From Ginglymostoma cirratum (Eukaryota), in assembly GCA_024137785.1 (NCBI GenBank), contig JAHRHZ010000002.1:19302685-19366684 (forward strand): a DNA stretch of 64,000 bases. The letters run 5' to 3'. The notes beneath the pieces were generated by a model. It made no database searches. It had not been told where the DNA came from and saw only the letters and a program-made list of their open reading frames with translations. This document shows positions 1 through 14,600 of the stretch, piece by piece. How positions within the stretch are numbered: position 1 is the first letter of the stretch; each line of letters begins with the position of its first letter. Made by a program: the position numbers and the translations under genes.

Positions 1-199
1 TTCTGATGTTAGGAATGAGACAAGTGAAAGTGAAGAGTTCCATTGCTGATAACAGGGGTGTTTTCTGAACTGGAAAGCTTGCAACTGCCATTCTTACCAG
101 ACACATATATTTTAAAACGCAGCAAAACAGCGGTGAAGAATAACACTAAATTTGTAGATTGGCAGAGTTTAAAATTCCAGCATTGTAAGGCAATGACCT

Positions 200-546
200 A
201 CTGATATTATCACTGGACGGTCAGTCTAGAGACCCAGGTAATGTTCTGGGAACCCTGATTCGAATCCTTGCAAAGTAGATGGTGGCATTTGAATTCAATA
301 AAACATTTGGAATTAAGAGTACAATGATGACTATGAAACTGTTGTTGATTGTCTGAAAAGTCCATTTGGTTCACTAATGGCCTTGAGGCAAGGAAACTGC
401 CGTCCTTACCTGGTCTGGCCTAGATGTGACTCCAGACCCACAGCAATGTGGCTGACTCCTAACTGCCCTCTAGGCAATTAGGAATAGGCAATAAATGTTG
501 GTGAGGCCAATAACACTCTCATCCCATGAATGAATTTTTTAAAAAA
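200..546 (+). mobile_element. tRNA-headed SINE (second family); related copies at about 45860-46195 and 38140-38335
   Basis: B-box-like gattcgaatcc, shared body (ccttacctggtctggcc...tgtgactccagacccacagcaatgtgg) and A/T tail, seen in several copies. Confidence 0.7.
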
Positions 547-1849
547 TGACAAAGTAGTGAAGGTAGAAATAACAAGAAACGCAAAAATAAGTGTATGTGT
601 AACGGTCAGAAGTAGAAAAGCAATCTTTGATCCAGTAAAGGCTGAGAAGGGAGGAATGATATAAACATATGAAATAAGAGAAGAAGTAGGTCACTAGGCC
701 TCTGAAGCCTTTTCCACCAATCAATAAGATCATGACTTTTCTGATTACTCCACATCTCCACATAATCCATAAACATTCATTCCCTTGCTGAGCAATATTT
801 GCTTTAAAGATAGTCAAAACTGCTGCTCATTGACAATGGAGGGCAAAAGATCGAACGACCCTGTATGACAAAATGAATTTTCCTTATCTTTGTCTTAAGC
901 GAGCGACCCCTCTTTTCTTTAAACAAAAATTTCCGATTTTAGACCCATAGAATTCCTTTAATGCAAAAGTGGCCATTTGGCCCATCGAGTCAGTACCAAT
1001 CTTCAGAGGTGTATCGCACCTAATCAGATCTAAGCCCCACCCTGTCTTCAAAACATGGCATTTACCATGGCTTTCCCACTTAACCTGCACATTCTTAGAC
1101 ACTATTGGTAATTCGGCATGGCCCATCCACCTAACAAGCACGTTTTTAGACTATAGGAGGAAACTAGAGCAACTGTAGGAAGCTCACGCAGAAATGGGGA
1201 GAAATTTTTTAAAAAAGGTAGCTGATGCTGTGAAGTTAGCAGTGCTAACCGCTCAGCCACCCATTGGTTTTAGATCATGTCAAGGCTGTTTTATATGCAC
1301 CCTGTCAGAATCCATCATTATATGTTTTAATCAAGTTGCCCCTTACTCTTCTAAGCCCATTGGATACAAGCCTTCACTTCCCAAACTTTCCTCGTAAGAC
1401 AACCAGCTCAGTTCAAGTATTAGTATAAGAACCCTTCTCTGCACTGTTTTTACCACGTCTGCATCCATCCTTACAATTCTGTGTACAATATTCCAGATGT
1501 GGTTTCATCAATGTCCTGTGTAACTGAAATATAATCTCCTTTCTTCTGCATTTAACTGCCCTTGTAATAGAAATGTTACGTTCTTCCTGGACTTCCTAAT
1601 TATGATAATGGGTAACCAGGAAATAGCAGATATCTTTAAAAAAAGTTATGAAATGCTTTTAAGCTAAAACATCTTTTTAAGAAAAGGATTTGTTGACTCA
1701 TGTAAGTAAGGAATGTAATTCATATCAGTAGAGAAAACATAATGGAAAAAGAACCAATAATCTCTTGAAATCTTCGAATTCTGAAAGAGGTCAGAATAAG
1801 AGATAAAATGGTTGTGACCTTCCAAAATTCCATTGTCTCTGTAATGATT

Positions 1850-3110
1850 ATACTGAATAAGAACAGAAGAACTAGGAGCAGGAGTAGGCCATCTAGCCCC
1901 CCCACCCCGAGCCTGCCCCGCCATTTAACAAGGTCATGGCTGATCTTTGAGACTCAGCTCCACTTACCTGCCCACTCACCATAACCCTTAATTCCTTTAC
2001 TGTTCAAAAATTTATCTAGTCTTGCCTTAAAAAAATTCAGTGATGTAGCTTCAACTGCTTCCGCAGGGAATTCCACAGATTCACAACCCTTTGGATGAAG
2101 AAGTTCCTCCTGACCTCAGTCCTACATCTGCTTCCCTTTATTTTGATTCGCTGCCTCAAATAGGAAGAGGGTAAATGCAAGATCATAATTCAAGAAAGGA
2201 GAAAGAGATAAAATGTGGACTGACACCAGCTATTGGTTTAATAATTATTATTAAGGAGTGGTTAACAACATATTTCTCAAAAAAATCAGTTGGGGTTGGC
2301 ATGTATTTTATGGAAATTAAATCTTATCTGACCATTTTCTTAGCTATTTTGTGAAGACACAACTAATAGGGTAAAGAAAGGGACACTAGTCAGTGAGAGA
2401 AACTGAGAATTTCCAAAACACATTCGATAAAGCACCACATATAAATCTATTACGCAGTATAGATGTTCATGGAGTGGAAGGCACGTATTTACATGAGCAA
2501 GGGTAGGTTAATGGGCGGGTAGTAGAAAACAGGCAGAAGTGCATCATATTCTGACCAGCAACTTTCTATTAGAGCAGAGTACCAATGTCAGTATGAGGGC
2601 TTTTGGAATTTTCAGTCCAGAATAAATTACTTAGATGAAGAGACTGAAAGAAATAGCTTTCTGATGATACAGATAATTGAGAATCCAATTTGCAAGGAAG
2701 AAGCAAAGAGATAAGACTAGAAAGTCAAGAAAGTGCCTTGTGGGTAAGTGACAGTTGTAGATTATTTAAAATCTATTTAATGAAAGGACTGCATGTATGG
2801 TTGGTAAATTTACTGATTACACAAAGATAGGGGAGCTGGTAAGTTGTCAAGAGGAGATGAAGAGCCTGCAGAGGGAATCACAGTGGGCAATAATTTGACA
2901 GATGCAACACAATGTTAGGAAACATGATTTTTTAATTTGACAGAAGAGGCATATTACTTAAATGGAAAGAGATTGCAAGAATATTTGGGTGTCCTGGTAC
3001 ACAAGTCACATAACTTAGCATGCAAGTACAACAATAGATTACTGAAGGAAATTGAATATTATTACAAGGTTATTACAAGAATACAGAATTTAAAAATGTG
3101 GAGTTCTTAC
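1850..3110. mobile_element. Degenerate CR1 LINE fragments in both orientations
   Basis: CR1 3' end (agaactaggagcaggagtaggccat...) and decayed RT-like segments (KFxDxTK-like). Confidence 0.55.
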
Positions 3111-4261
3111 TGAAAGCCATAGCCAAGCACTCCAAGATCCCCCAGCTCCTCTTCCTCTGAGCTTCCGATACTCTTGCTGTTCATCATGCTTCTCATTAAA
3201 TTAGACACCTGACTATTTACTTTTAGGGGCTATCTGTTAGGCGATGATTTTATCTCTGTAGCTGTGGGTGCATGAAGGAGTTTATTCATTTTGATGACAA
3301 ATGATACGGCCGAAAAATTGCTTCTAACTTCAAAACTATATGAAAAGATGGAATACTGAAGTTATACAGTGTGTTTATAAGAGGTGAGGGAGACAGATAT
3401 TCTTGTGACATGAGTTGGCACATAGTGTTGAGTAATAAACCTCTAAAGGAATATACATTTACAAATGTAAACACTGTTACCAGTTAACTCCCAAAAATTA
3501 CATAGCCAAATGATTATGCTCCTGTCCAACCTCTTCCATCAGGCAAAAGATGCAGGAGCTCGAACGCACTTACCAACAGGTTTAAGACCAGCTTCTTTCT
3601 TGCTGTTATTAGACTGCTGAATGGGCCTTTCTAATTTCAAATAATGTTGATAATGTTACTGTTCGTCTTGCTTTGTAACCATAACCTTGTATGCCTTGTT
3701 CTGTCTAAGCACCCTATAATCTATTTGTCCTTGTTTGCTATGATCTGCCTGTACTGTTCACAAAACAAAACTTTGCATTGTACTTAGGTACATGCGACAA
3801 TGACAAACCAAATTATTCCTCATCTTAGTCACTTCACGTTAAACAAAGTTAATGTTAGCACAGCTATTAATGTACATTTTTTCTTCTTACAGCAGTTGTC
3901 TCTTTGCCTTCCTCTGTTGACTGATGAGAATGCAATAATATAGGAGGATGTTAATTCACCTTATTCTGAGATGTTATCGGGATAACATCCCATTGATTTC
4001 TATATTCTCTATAAATTAATGCTCTTTATCTGCTAACAAACCCATGACTGCTTTCATCTAGAAGGATAAAAGGGAAACAGATATATGAGAACACCTCCAC
4101 CTGCAAGTTTCCTTTCAGGTCACTCATCATCTTGATTTAGAAATGTAAAATCAATTGGAAGGACATCACCATTCCAACCTACTCCAGCGGTCCCCAGTAT
4201 TCCATGTTTTAGCCAATTCGCTTCACTCCACATTATAAACAGTAAATGGTTGGAGATGTTG

Positions 4262-6897
4262 GATAAGAGGTAATAGGAACTGCAGATGCTGGAGAATCCG
4301 AGATAACAAGGTGTAGAGCTGGATGAACACGGCAGACCAAGCAGCATCATAGGAGCAGGAAATCTTGACGTTTCGGGCCGAGACGCTTCATCAGAAATGG
4401 GGGAGGGGAAGAAGGTTCTGAAATAAATAGGGAGACAGGGGGAGGCGGATAGAAGATGGATAGAGGAGAAGATAGGTGGAGAGGAGACACAAGTCAAAGA
4501 GGCAGGGATGGAGCCAGTAAAGGTGAGTGTAGGTGGGGAGGTAGGGAGGAGATACGTCAGTCCAGGGAGGACGGACAGGTCAAGGGGGCGGGATGAGGTT
4601 AGTAGATAGGAGATGGGGGTGCATTTTGAGGTGGGAGGAAGGGATAGGTGAGTGGAAGAACAGATTAGCGAGGCAGGGATGAGCTGGGCTGGTTTTGGTA
4701 TGTGGTAGGGGGAGGGGAGAATTTGAAGCTTGTGAAATCCACATTGATACAATTGGGCTGCAGGGTTCCCAAGCTGAATAAGAGTTGCTGTTCCTGTAGC
4801 CTTCGGGTGGCATCGTTGTGACACTGCAGGAGGCCCAGGATGGACATGTCATCCGAGGAATGGGAGGGGGAGTTGAAATGGTTCGCGACTGGGAGGTGCA
4901 GTTGTTTATTGCGAAACGAGTGCAGATGTTCTGCAAAGCGGTCCCCAAGCCTCCGCCTGGTTTCCCCGATGTAGATGAGGCCACAACGGGTGCCGCGGAT
5001 GCAGTATAGCACATTAGCAGATATGCAGGTGAACATCTGCTTGATGTGGAAAGTCTTCTTGGGGCCTGGAATAGGGGTGAGGGAGGAGGTGTGGGGGCAG
5101 GTGTAGCACTTCCTGAGTTGCAGGGAAAAGTGCCGGGTGTGGTGGGGCTTGAGGGGAGTGTGGAGCGGACAAGGGAGTCACGGAGAGAGTGGTCCCTCCG
5201 GAAAGCATACAACAGTGGGGAGGGAAAAGTGTCTTTGGTGGTGGAGTCGGATTGCAGATGGCGGAAGTGTCAGAGGATAATACGTTGGATCTGGAGGTTG
5301 GTCGGGTGGTACGTGAGGACGAGGTGGATTCTTTTTTGGTTGTTATTCTGGGATGGGGTGTGAGGCATGAGTTGCGGGAAATGCGGGAGACATGGTCGAG
5401 GGCGTTCTTGACCACTGCGGGGGGGAAGTTGTGGTCCTTGAAGAACGAGGACATCTGAGATGTACGGGAGTGGAATGCCTCATCCTGGGAGCAGATGCAG
5501 CAGAGGCGAAGGAATTGGGAATAGGGGATGGCATTTTTGCAGGAAGGTGGGTGGGAGGAGGTGTATTCTAGGTAGCTGTGGGAGTCGGTGGGCTTGAAAT
5601 GGATATCAGTTTCTAAGTGGTTGCTCGAGATGGAGACAGAGAGGTCCAGGAAGGTGAGAGAGGTGTGAGAGATGGTCCAGGTGAACTGAATGTTGGGGTG
5701 GAAGGTGTTGGTGAAGTGGATGAACTGTTTGAGCTTCTCGTGGGAGCACGAGGCAGCGCTGACACAGTCATCAATGTAACGGAGGAAGAGGTGGGGTTTA
5801 GGGCCAGTGTAGGTATGGAAGAGGGATTGTACCACATACCCTACAAAGAGGCAGGCATAGCTTGGGCCCATGCGGGTACCCATGGCCACCACCTTTGTCT
5901 GTAGGAAGTGGGAGGAATTGAAAGAGAAGTTGTTGAGGGTGAGGATGAGTTCGGCTAAGCGGATGAGGGTGTCAGTGGAGGGGGACTGGTCAGGCCTGCG
6001 GGACAGGAAGAAGCGGAGGGCCTTTAGACCATCTGCATGGGGAATGCAGGTGTATAGGGACTGGACATCCATGGTAAATGAAGTGTTGGGGACCGGGGAA
6101 TTGGAAGTTTTGGAGGAGGTGGAGGGCGTGGGTGGTGTCACGGGCGTAGGTAGGGAATTCCTGGATCAAGGGGGAGAAAGTGGAGTCTAGATAGGTGGGG
6201 ATAAGTTCGGTGGGGCAGGAGCAGGTGGAGACAATGGGTCGACCAGGGCATTCAGGCTTGTGGATTTTGGGAAGGAGATAGAAGTGGGCGGTGCGGGGTT
6301 GGGAACGATGAGGTTGGAGGCTGTGGGTGGGAGGTCACCTGAGGTGATGAGGTTGTGGATGGTTTGGGAGATGATGGTTTGGTCCTCGGGGGTGGGGTCA
6401 TGATCCAGGGGGCGGAAGGAGGAGGTGTTGGAGAGTTGGCGCCTGGCCTCACCCATGTAGAGGTCAGTGCACCATACTACAACTGCGCCTTCCTTGTCCG
6501 CGGGTTTTATGGTGAGGTTGGGATTGGAGCGGAGGGAGCAGAGGGCTGCACGTTCTGCCGGGGAGAGGATGGAGTAGGTGAGAGGGGTGGAGAGGTTGAG
6601 GCGATTGATGTCTGGAAGGCAGTTGGAGATGAAGAGATGGAGGGAGGGTAGGAGACCTTGGGGTGGTGTCCAGGAGGAGGGCTTGTGTTGGAGGCGGGAG
6701 AAGGGGTCAGTAGAGGGAGGGTTAGAATCGTGGTTGGAGAAGTAAGCGTGGAGGCGGAGGCGGCGGAAAAACTGCTCAATGTCCAAACGTGAGCGGTATT
6801 CGTTGATGTGTGGGTGGAGGGGGACTAAGGTGAGCCCTTTGCTGAGGACTGACCATTCGTCCTCGGTAAGGGGGAGGTCTGGGGGGATGGTGAAGAC
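4262..6897 (-). mobile_element. Penelope-like element (RT + Cys-rich linker + GIY-YIG), 5'-truncated, frameshifted
   Basis: ORFs 6187-6786, 5014-6141, 4665-5036: FTMDVQSLYT, AMGTRMGPSYA, LRYIDD, VLYCIRGTRCGLIYIGET; 3' terminal region carries a hammerhead-type core. Confidence 0.92.
4367..4394 (-). ncRNA. Minimal hammerhead ribozyme-like motif in Penelope terminus
   Basis: CTGATGA-agcgtctcggccc-GAAA-cGTC; stem II partly mutated relative to other copies (gggtctaggccc). Confidence 0.55.
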
Positions 6898-6969
6898 TCA
6901 GCAGGGCTCAGAGTTGCTGTCTCCACTGGAGCTATTGTTAGTTTTATTTTCGATCGAAGCAGCACTACA

Positions 6970-7272
6970 AATCACAGATTCCCCACAGTGAGAAAGAGAC
7001 CGCTCTGCCCGCCGAGTCTGCACTGACCCTCTGAAACGCATCCCACATAGACCTTGAACCTGTTTCCCTAACCCTGCTTTTGTGATGCCTAATCCACCTC
7101 GCCCACACATCCCTGGATATTGCAGTTTCGTGTTGCCAGTCTATCTAGTCTGCACATCTATGGACTGTAGGAGGAAACCTGAAATCCGCGCAGTAACGTG
7201 GAGAACAGACAGTCACTCGAGGCTGCAATCGAACCCTGATCCTAAGGCAGTAGTGCTGACTACTGTGCCAAC
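6970..7272 (-). mobile_element. HE1/V-SINE-type tRNA SINE, degenerate
   Basis: Reverse complement of the SINE head/core (ttagcactgctgcctc..., gatgtgcaggttagg) shared with other copies. Confidence 0.7.
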
Positions 7273-8080
7273 TTTCATCATGACTTTGCCTCATGAAATA
7301 CGTGTGCTGTCCGATGATGATAGATTGTTTATCTTTGTCCCCACATCCCAGGCATTTAGAAGAGTGAGAGGAAAATGCATGCGATTCTGAGGTGCCTTAG
7401 TCCCATGTAGGACAGCCTATCTGCACAATCAAGAACTAGGGACACCGTTATCAGTTAAGGGTTAAAGTTGAGAATTGATTGGAAGAACATTCTCCATTCA
7501 ATATGTTGCGAATATTTAGAATGTTCGACACCAGGGGGCGCTTGATGCCACCGTTCGTGTATTCAGCGCGACAAAAATCAATAGATCACTAACCTCGATT
7601 TGGGTGTTCATGGGCGAACCAGAAATTGTTGAACACTATCTTTTAAGCTTAATTTTAAACGTGGGCTACTTGTATTCGTCCTTTCAAGAGGAAGCGACGT
7701 CGCAGGCAAAGACACCATGAATTGCACATCCCTAATTGTACTTGCACTGAGTGGCTGGGCCATCTTAGCAACGAAGATTCAAATCATTGCAGTCACAGGT
7801 CGTCTGGAGCAACGGAGGATGACTGATAACCCTCTCGAAAATACGTTAGTCGATCAGATAACTTTTTAAAACAATCATGGCAGTTTCATGGCAATACCAG
7901 GGCAGCTTATAATTCCAGAATAGTTTTATTAGTTAAATTTAACACGGCAAGTGGTGGAATAGAAACACTTTCCCATCGAACACTAGTTTATTCGCCTAAT
8001 TCTTGCGCTAGAAATTAGAAGGAATATACATAATTGAAAGCATCACGATAAAAGAAGATAAATAGAACAAATGTAACAGA

Positions 8081-8086
8081 TTTATT
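8081..8086 (-). terminator. Putative poly(A) signal (AATAAA) of gene A
   Basis: tttatt on + strand, about 320 nt downstream of the stop codon. Confidence 0.55.
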
Positions 8087-8406
8087 TCAGACAGAACATC
8101 AAGGGAATGACATTTAACGTCGCTGATGCTTGGAACTTGTTCAGGTGAAATTATTGGAACTTGAAGCGTTCATGTCACTAAAATTATCATATTTTGCCTT
8201 CACATTGAATAACTAAGGTTTTGCCGTAAGAACATTTACTGTCAATGAATCTGCGTATAAAACAAACAATCATTTACAATAACATTTGCGCTTACGAAGA
8301 GCGGGAAGTTGAATAATCTGTCAAACGCTACACTCATCCTTAAACTTGGCTTAAATTGACTGTACTTCACCCATTAGAAAATGCAAGGTCCAGTTGGGCA
8401 CAAATT

Positions 8407-8691
8407 CTACAAACACACTGCTGCATACACGATCTGCTCGCCCTTCATTCCGGCAGTCTGTGGGGGACCGAGCCGAGCACCAGCCTCGCTCTGACCTGGT
8501 TGTGGTAAGACCGAGTACACTATCGACGCCTCATTAGTTTTTGGAATTGGCACCGACTCACTCTTTGCTGGGTTTTCACTCTGCACGCTCAACCTCTTTG
8601 TCTCGCTCACAGCCTGATCTGGATCACGGTGGTTGTTTGAGCGGCTGATATTCAACTTCGCATAAATTGTAGCATCGGGCAAGTCTTCATT
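8407..8691 (-). CDS. Gene A exon 5, cytoplasmic tail with three tyrosine motifs
   Basis: Acceptor gttattttcag; NEDLPDATIYAKL...SIVYSVL...QIVYAAVCL-stop; matches the 8407..8682 ORF. Confidence 0.88.
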   Translation of the reverse strand, partial: NEDLPDATIYAKLNISRSNNHRDPDQAVSETKRLSVQSENPAKSESVPIPKTNEASIVYSVLPQPGQSEAGARLGPPQTAGMKGEQIVYAAVCL

Positions 8692-11600
8692 CTGAAAATA
8701 ACCAGATCATTTGTTACAATATTTGTAAATAACGGACGGCAGATTCTCTCGGTGAGGAGATATATAACTAGTTACAGCAGTAGTGCTGATATGTTTAGCC
8801 TTTTGCTGTGGGTTTCGAATGAATGCTTTCTTCGTTATTGTATTGGGCATCTTGTACTTCACGACCCATAACACCGCAGGTACAAACTGGACAGAATTAT
8901 ACCAATGAAACCCCAGGGTGTTTGCGAAATATAGCCTTGATATTATATACCATTATGTAATGTGCTAAAAAAATTCCCTGACTTCATGCAACTGCAGAGA
9001 TTTTCTTCTCGGCTGTCTCTGGTAAATTTTTAAAGCATTTTTACATCAGAAACAGCCCTCCGTTTTCGATGTCACAAACAGCCAGTGAGTAATGGAAATT
9101 TTGCATTCGTTGTGGGACTGAGCAAAAAATTGACCATGAACCCAATTGCTTTGCATTCAGGGTGGAAAATGGGAATTTCATTTCACAAACGATTACATGA
9201 AAGATAGACCGACAGAATGAGTTTGGGAACTACTCGCTCACATTCTAGACCTGTATTTGGTCTAAGCACACAGCACTCAAGTGACAAAGCCAACTGAGTT
9301 TCCACGCTAATCACTTCAAATCAATCATAGTCTGTACGCATTGTCGGGAAGCACCGTCATTTAGTAACAACTGAAGCTAAAAAGTGCTCTGATGGATCAG
9401 AGCATGAGACGTTAACATAGAGCATTGAACAGCACTGCTCGGGAAGAGGCCCTTCAGACCACGATGTTGTGCCGAACATGACGCCAAATTAAACTAATCC
9501 CTTCTGCCTGCCTTGGTCTATGTTCCTCCATTTCTTGCATATCCATGTGCTTATCTGAAAGTCCCTTAAACGCCCCGATCGTATCTGCCTCTACCACCAC
9601 CCCGACAAGGCTTTCCAGACTCTTACCACATTTCTATCTTAAAATAAACCTGCCCTTCACATATTCTTTGAAGTTTCACCTTCTGACTTTACATGCATGC
9701 TCCTTAGTATTAGACATTTCAACTTTGGGTAAAAGATTCTGACTGTCAACCCTACATATGCATCTCTTAATTTTATAGACTTCTATTAAGTCTCCCTTCA
9801 GCCCCCACCGTTCTCGAGAAATTAACCCAGGTTTTTCTAGCCTCTCTTTATAGCTCATACCCTTTAATCCAGGCAGCATCCTGGTAAACTTCTTCTGCAC
9901 CCTCTCCAAAGCCTCGGCATCCTTCCTGTAATGTAGCAACCAGAATTGAACGCGGTACTTCAAGTGTGGCCCAACTAAAGTCTTTTAAAGAAGCAAAAGA
10001 CATCCTGACTCCAGCACTCAATTCCTCGACCGATAAAGGCATGCATGCCATGCGCCTTCCTTACCACCCTGTCTACTTGGCGTGGCCGTTTTCAGGGGTC
10101 GAGTAATCGAATTCGCGTGACACAATGAACAATTTTTAAAAATAACTAGCTTGCAGTGATGTCTCTAACGTAAGGAAAGCTTGAAAGAATAAAAACAAAA
10201 TGACCAGCAGCTGAAAGGAGGAAAAGTCTTCTCTTACGAAAGTAATAAAAAATTGAGAGCAGGGATATTGGGCAGTCTCTAGCAGTTCAAAAACACAATT
10301 TATAGAAGCGATGCGTGGCTGGATGCACTCCAAATTTCATAGATAGAAACATTGGGATGCCAGAGACAATGGTCATCATGTCCTGTTAATAAGAAGTCGC
10401 AATGGATTTGTGCTAGAGAATAAAATTACTCCCTCCCTCTAGGATAAGGACAACCGAGCTATAGAATCGTAGAATCCCCACAATATTGAAGCAGGCATTT
10501 CAGCAAATCGAGCCTTCACCGACCTTCCCAACAGCATCCCACCCCACTCCACTATGTGCCTGCACCCCGCATTTCCAATGCTTGATCCACATAGCCTGCA
10601 AATCCCGGGACACTTTGGGCAATTTAGCGCGGCCAACATACCTAACCGGCACATTTTTGGATGTAGGAGGAAACCGGACCACCCGGAGGAAATCCATGCA
10701 GACAAACCAGATTTGTCATTCTCTAGGCTTCAGTCATATTGAACATTCCAGGATAAAATTTCACTTGTAAGTTAATGCTTCAAAGTTAATGTTTCGTATT
10801 TTCATCTTCATCTGATCTGCTCACCAACCCCCCACCTACCCCGCCACCCCATCCTCACCCCCATAGAAAATGTTACACCAGTACAAACATTTGAATACAA
10901 ACTGTTGAATCATTTACCCACCATTTTGCCTGTGCAATAAACTGCACATCAGACTGACATATCTTCCTAAATATTTTGTTCCTGCTCATATTCAAAGCCT
11001 GGAGTCAAGCAATTAATATTTCTTATTATTAGTTGTCATCCTCATCTTTCGTAGCATGGTGATCACTTATAATGTTAAACTCGCCCCTCATAAGCCTTTC
11101 TCAAAGATAATCACCTAAAATTGCCATCAATCTGAATACAAAGCAAAAGCCGTAATGGGAATATAGTACATACCTCATTTGCAACTTGGTCTCCAGTTCT
11201 GTTACCTATAAAAGTTATTTTTTAATTGGTTAGATATCTTAAAGCAGGAACAAAATTAACAATTGCATAAATGCAGTGCTACCGTCAAGGCATTAGGAAG
11301 AAAGATCTATAACTTATGCATTTCTTAACATCTTGACTGCAGCTGTTCAAGAGGCAGCTTACCACCACCTTCTCAGGGGCACGGAGAGATAGTCAATAAA
11401 TGCTGGCCCAGCTAGTGACATCTGAGGCCCACCAGTGAATAAATTGAAAAAAAAATTATCTTGGAGCTTGGATGTCAAAAAGGTGGCCCATGAGTGCTGG
11501 TCCCTTTAGTGAAGTATTTTCCTTTAAAAAAAAAAGACAAAGCTTACAAGATTCTCTTCTGGAATAGTGATTGCCTAGCCCTGTGATATCTTGAAAAGTG

Positions 11601-14600
11601 TCCATATTACAGAGGACAGGGTGCTGGATGTCTTCAAATGCACAAATGCATAAATCCCCAGGACCAGATCAGATGTATCCTAAAACTTTGTGGGAAGCTA
11701 TGGTTGGGCTGTTTGCTGAGACATTTCATAGAATCCCTACAGTGTGGAAATAGGCCACTTGGCCCAACAAGTCCATACTGACTGTCCAAGGAGCATCCCA
11801 CCCACACTCAGCCCCCAAATCTATCACTGTAACCTTATATTTCCCCTAGCTAATGCACTCAACCTACACATCCCTGGGCACTACAGGCAATTTAGTGCAG
11901 CCAACCCACCTAACCTGCATATCTTTGGACTGTGGGAGGAAACCAGAGCACAGAGAGGAAACCCACACCAACACAGAGAGAATGCGCAAACACCATGTAG
12001 ACAGTTGCCTAAGGTTGGAATTGAACCTGGGTCCCTGTCGCTGTAAGGCAGCAGTGCTATATGCTGAGCTATCATGCCACCCCATAATATTACATCATTG
12101 ATAGCCAGAGGTGAGGTGCTGTAAGACTGGAGGTTGGCGAATGTGTTGCCATTATTTAAGAAAGGTGGTAAGAAGAAACCAGGGAACTATAGACTGGTGA
12201 TCCTGATGTGAATGGTGGGCAAGTTGTTGGAGGGTATTCTGAGGGACAGCAATTACATGTATTTGGAAAGGCAAGGAATGATTAGGTGCTGTATAGTCAA
12301 AATGGCTTTGTGCATGGGAATTTATTGCTCACTAACTTTATTGAGGCTTTTGAAGAAGTGACGAAGAAGACTGATGAAGCCAAGGCAGTGGGCATTGTCT
12401 ATATGGACTTTAGCAAGGTGTTTGACAAGGTTTGCATGGTAGACTAGTTAACTAGGTTAGATCACACGGAATCTGGGGGAACTAGCCATTTTGATGCAAA
12501 ATTGGCTCGAAGGTAGGAGGCAAAGGCGAGTGGTGGAAGGTTGCTTTTCAGACTGGAGGCTTGTGACCTGCGGTCTGCCAGAGAGATCGGTCCTGGGTCC
12601 ATTGCTTTTTGCCATTTGTGTTTGATTTGGATTTGGATTTGATTATAGGAGGTATGCTTAGTAAATTTGCAGATGACACCAAAATAGGTAGTGTAGTGGA
12701 CAGCGAAGAAGGCTACCTCAGAGTACAATGGGACCTTGATCAGATGTGTTGATGAGTACTAAATAGAGTTTAATGTAGATAAATTTGAAGTACTGCAGTT
12801 TGGTAGGGCAAATCATGGAAGGACTTATACACTTAACGGTAAGGTCCTGGGGAGTGTTGCTAAATAGAGACCTTGGTTGCAGGTATGTTGTTCCTTGAAA
12901 GTGGAGTCGTAGGTCGGTAGAATAGTGAGAGGGCATTTGATATGCTTGCCTTTATTGGTAAGTGCATTGAGTATATGAGTTGGGAGGTCATGTTGCGGCT
13001 GCACAGAACATTAGTTAGGCCACTTTTGGAACATTGTGTTCTGGTCTCCCTGTTTAGGAAAGATATTACTAAACTTGAAAGCGTTCAGAAAATGTTTACA
13101 AAAATATTGTCAGACTTGGAGGATTTGAGCATTTGGGAGAAGCTCAATAGGTTGGTGCTATTTTCACTGGAGTGTGAAAAGCTGAGGGGTGACCTTATAG
13201 AGGTTTATAAAATTATGAGTCCAAAACTAAAAGGCATAAAATTAAGGTAATGAGGAAAAAATTTAAAAGAGACTTAAGGGGCAATGTTTTCTTACAGAGG
13301 ATGGTGCATGCATTGAATGAACTGCCAGAGGAAGAGATGGAGTTTGGTACAATTGCAATGATTAAAAGTTAGCTGGATGGGATACATGAACAGGAAAGGT
13401 TTAGAGGGATATGGGGTCAATACTGGCAAAAGGAACTGGATTAATTTAGGACCTCCAGTCGGCATGGATGAGTTGGGCAAAAGGGTCTATTTCCATCCTG
13501 TTTATCTCTATGACTCTATGACACTGTGACGGTACTCAGGATGCAAGTGGCAGTAGAATCCTGTGGTTGCCAATGGAAAGTTGTTTATACTGTAGTAATT
13601 TATAGCAGATGAGTAAACATTAAAGCCAATAGATTGTTTTCAGTCCAAAATAATGAAGGATTGATTTTGGTTTAGAAAACCCCAAATTTGATATTATCTA
13701 GGGCAGTCCCAAGGGCAGCTGACTAGGTTCAGGAGCAATTATTGTTTGCCTCATAGAAAGGAAATGTTCAGAGCAGTTCAGGGAAATTGTTATTCAGCCA
13801 AGTTTATGTTGTGTAGCTTTCAAATTAGAAGCGTACAGTTAGGAATCTGCATGGTATTGGAAACTGAGAAAGTCTAAGGTCTCAGTATCATAGGTATTCA
13901 TGTAAGAAGATTTTCACAGTTCATAGAAAAGAAATTAGGGAGAATCAATTAAGTATAAATGCTTGATATATTGAACTTATTGCTCGAGATTTGATTCTCT
14001 TAACAGACAGTGTCAGCAAACACGTGAAAGTGCTGATTTGCTGTGGTTTGTCTTTTTTAAAGAACCTTTTTTGTACATTTGGTTATTTTGGTTTTCATTT
14101 TTGTTCTTCTGATTTTGTTTGCAATAAACTTTTTTGTTAAATAGGGTCTGCAGTCTTGTGCGACTAATTTCAGTGACTGACTACGATTTTAACTAAAGTA
14201 TAAAGACAAACATATGATCTATCAATCCAAGTTTCGTTCTGGCATCTTATTCATCCAGTAATATCATCAGCTGGCGTCATGAAAACTTTAAGAATAAATG
14301 TTTCAGTGTTTTATTGCCTTTTGTTTTGGGAATAATGGTACCTAGCCTTTTGGGCAACACGATTGTACAGTGGTTAGCACTGCTCCCTCACATCACCAGG
14401 GACCCGGGGTTTAAGTTGAGTCTTGGGTGACTGCCTGTGTGGAGTTTCCACGTTCTTCCTGTGTCTGCGTGGATTTCCTCCTACAGTTTGAAGATGTGCA
14501 GGTTAAGTGGATTGTCACGCTAAATTGCCCGGTCGTGCGCAGGGATGCATAGGCTAGGTGGATTAGCCATGATAAATGCAGGCTGACAGGGATAGGGTGG

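Noticed and set aside
4120-6991. Many overlapping ORFs (Pro/Ser-rich and Gly/Glu-rich) as host genes
   Set aside because: They are alternative or antisense frames of the C-rich Penelope element.
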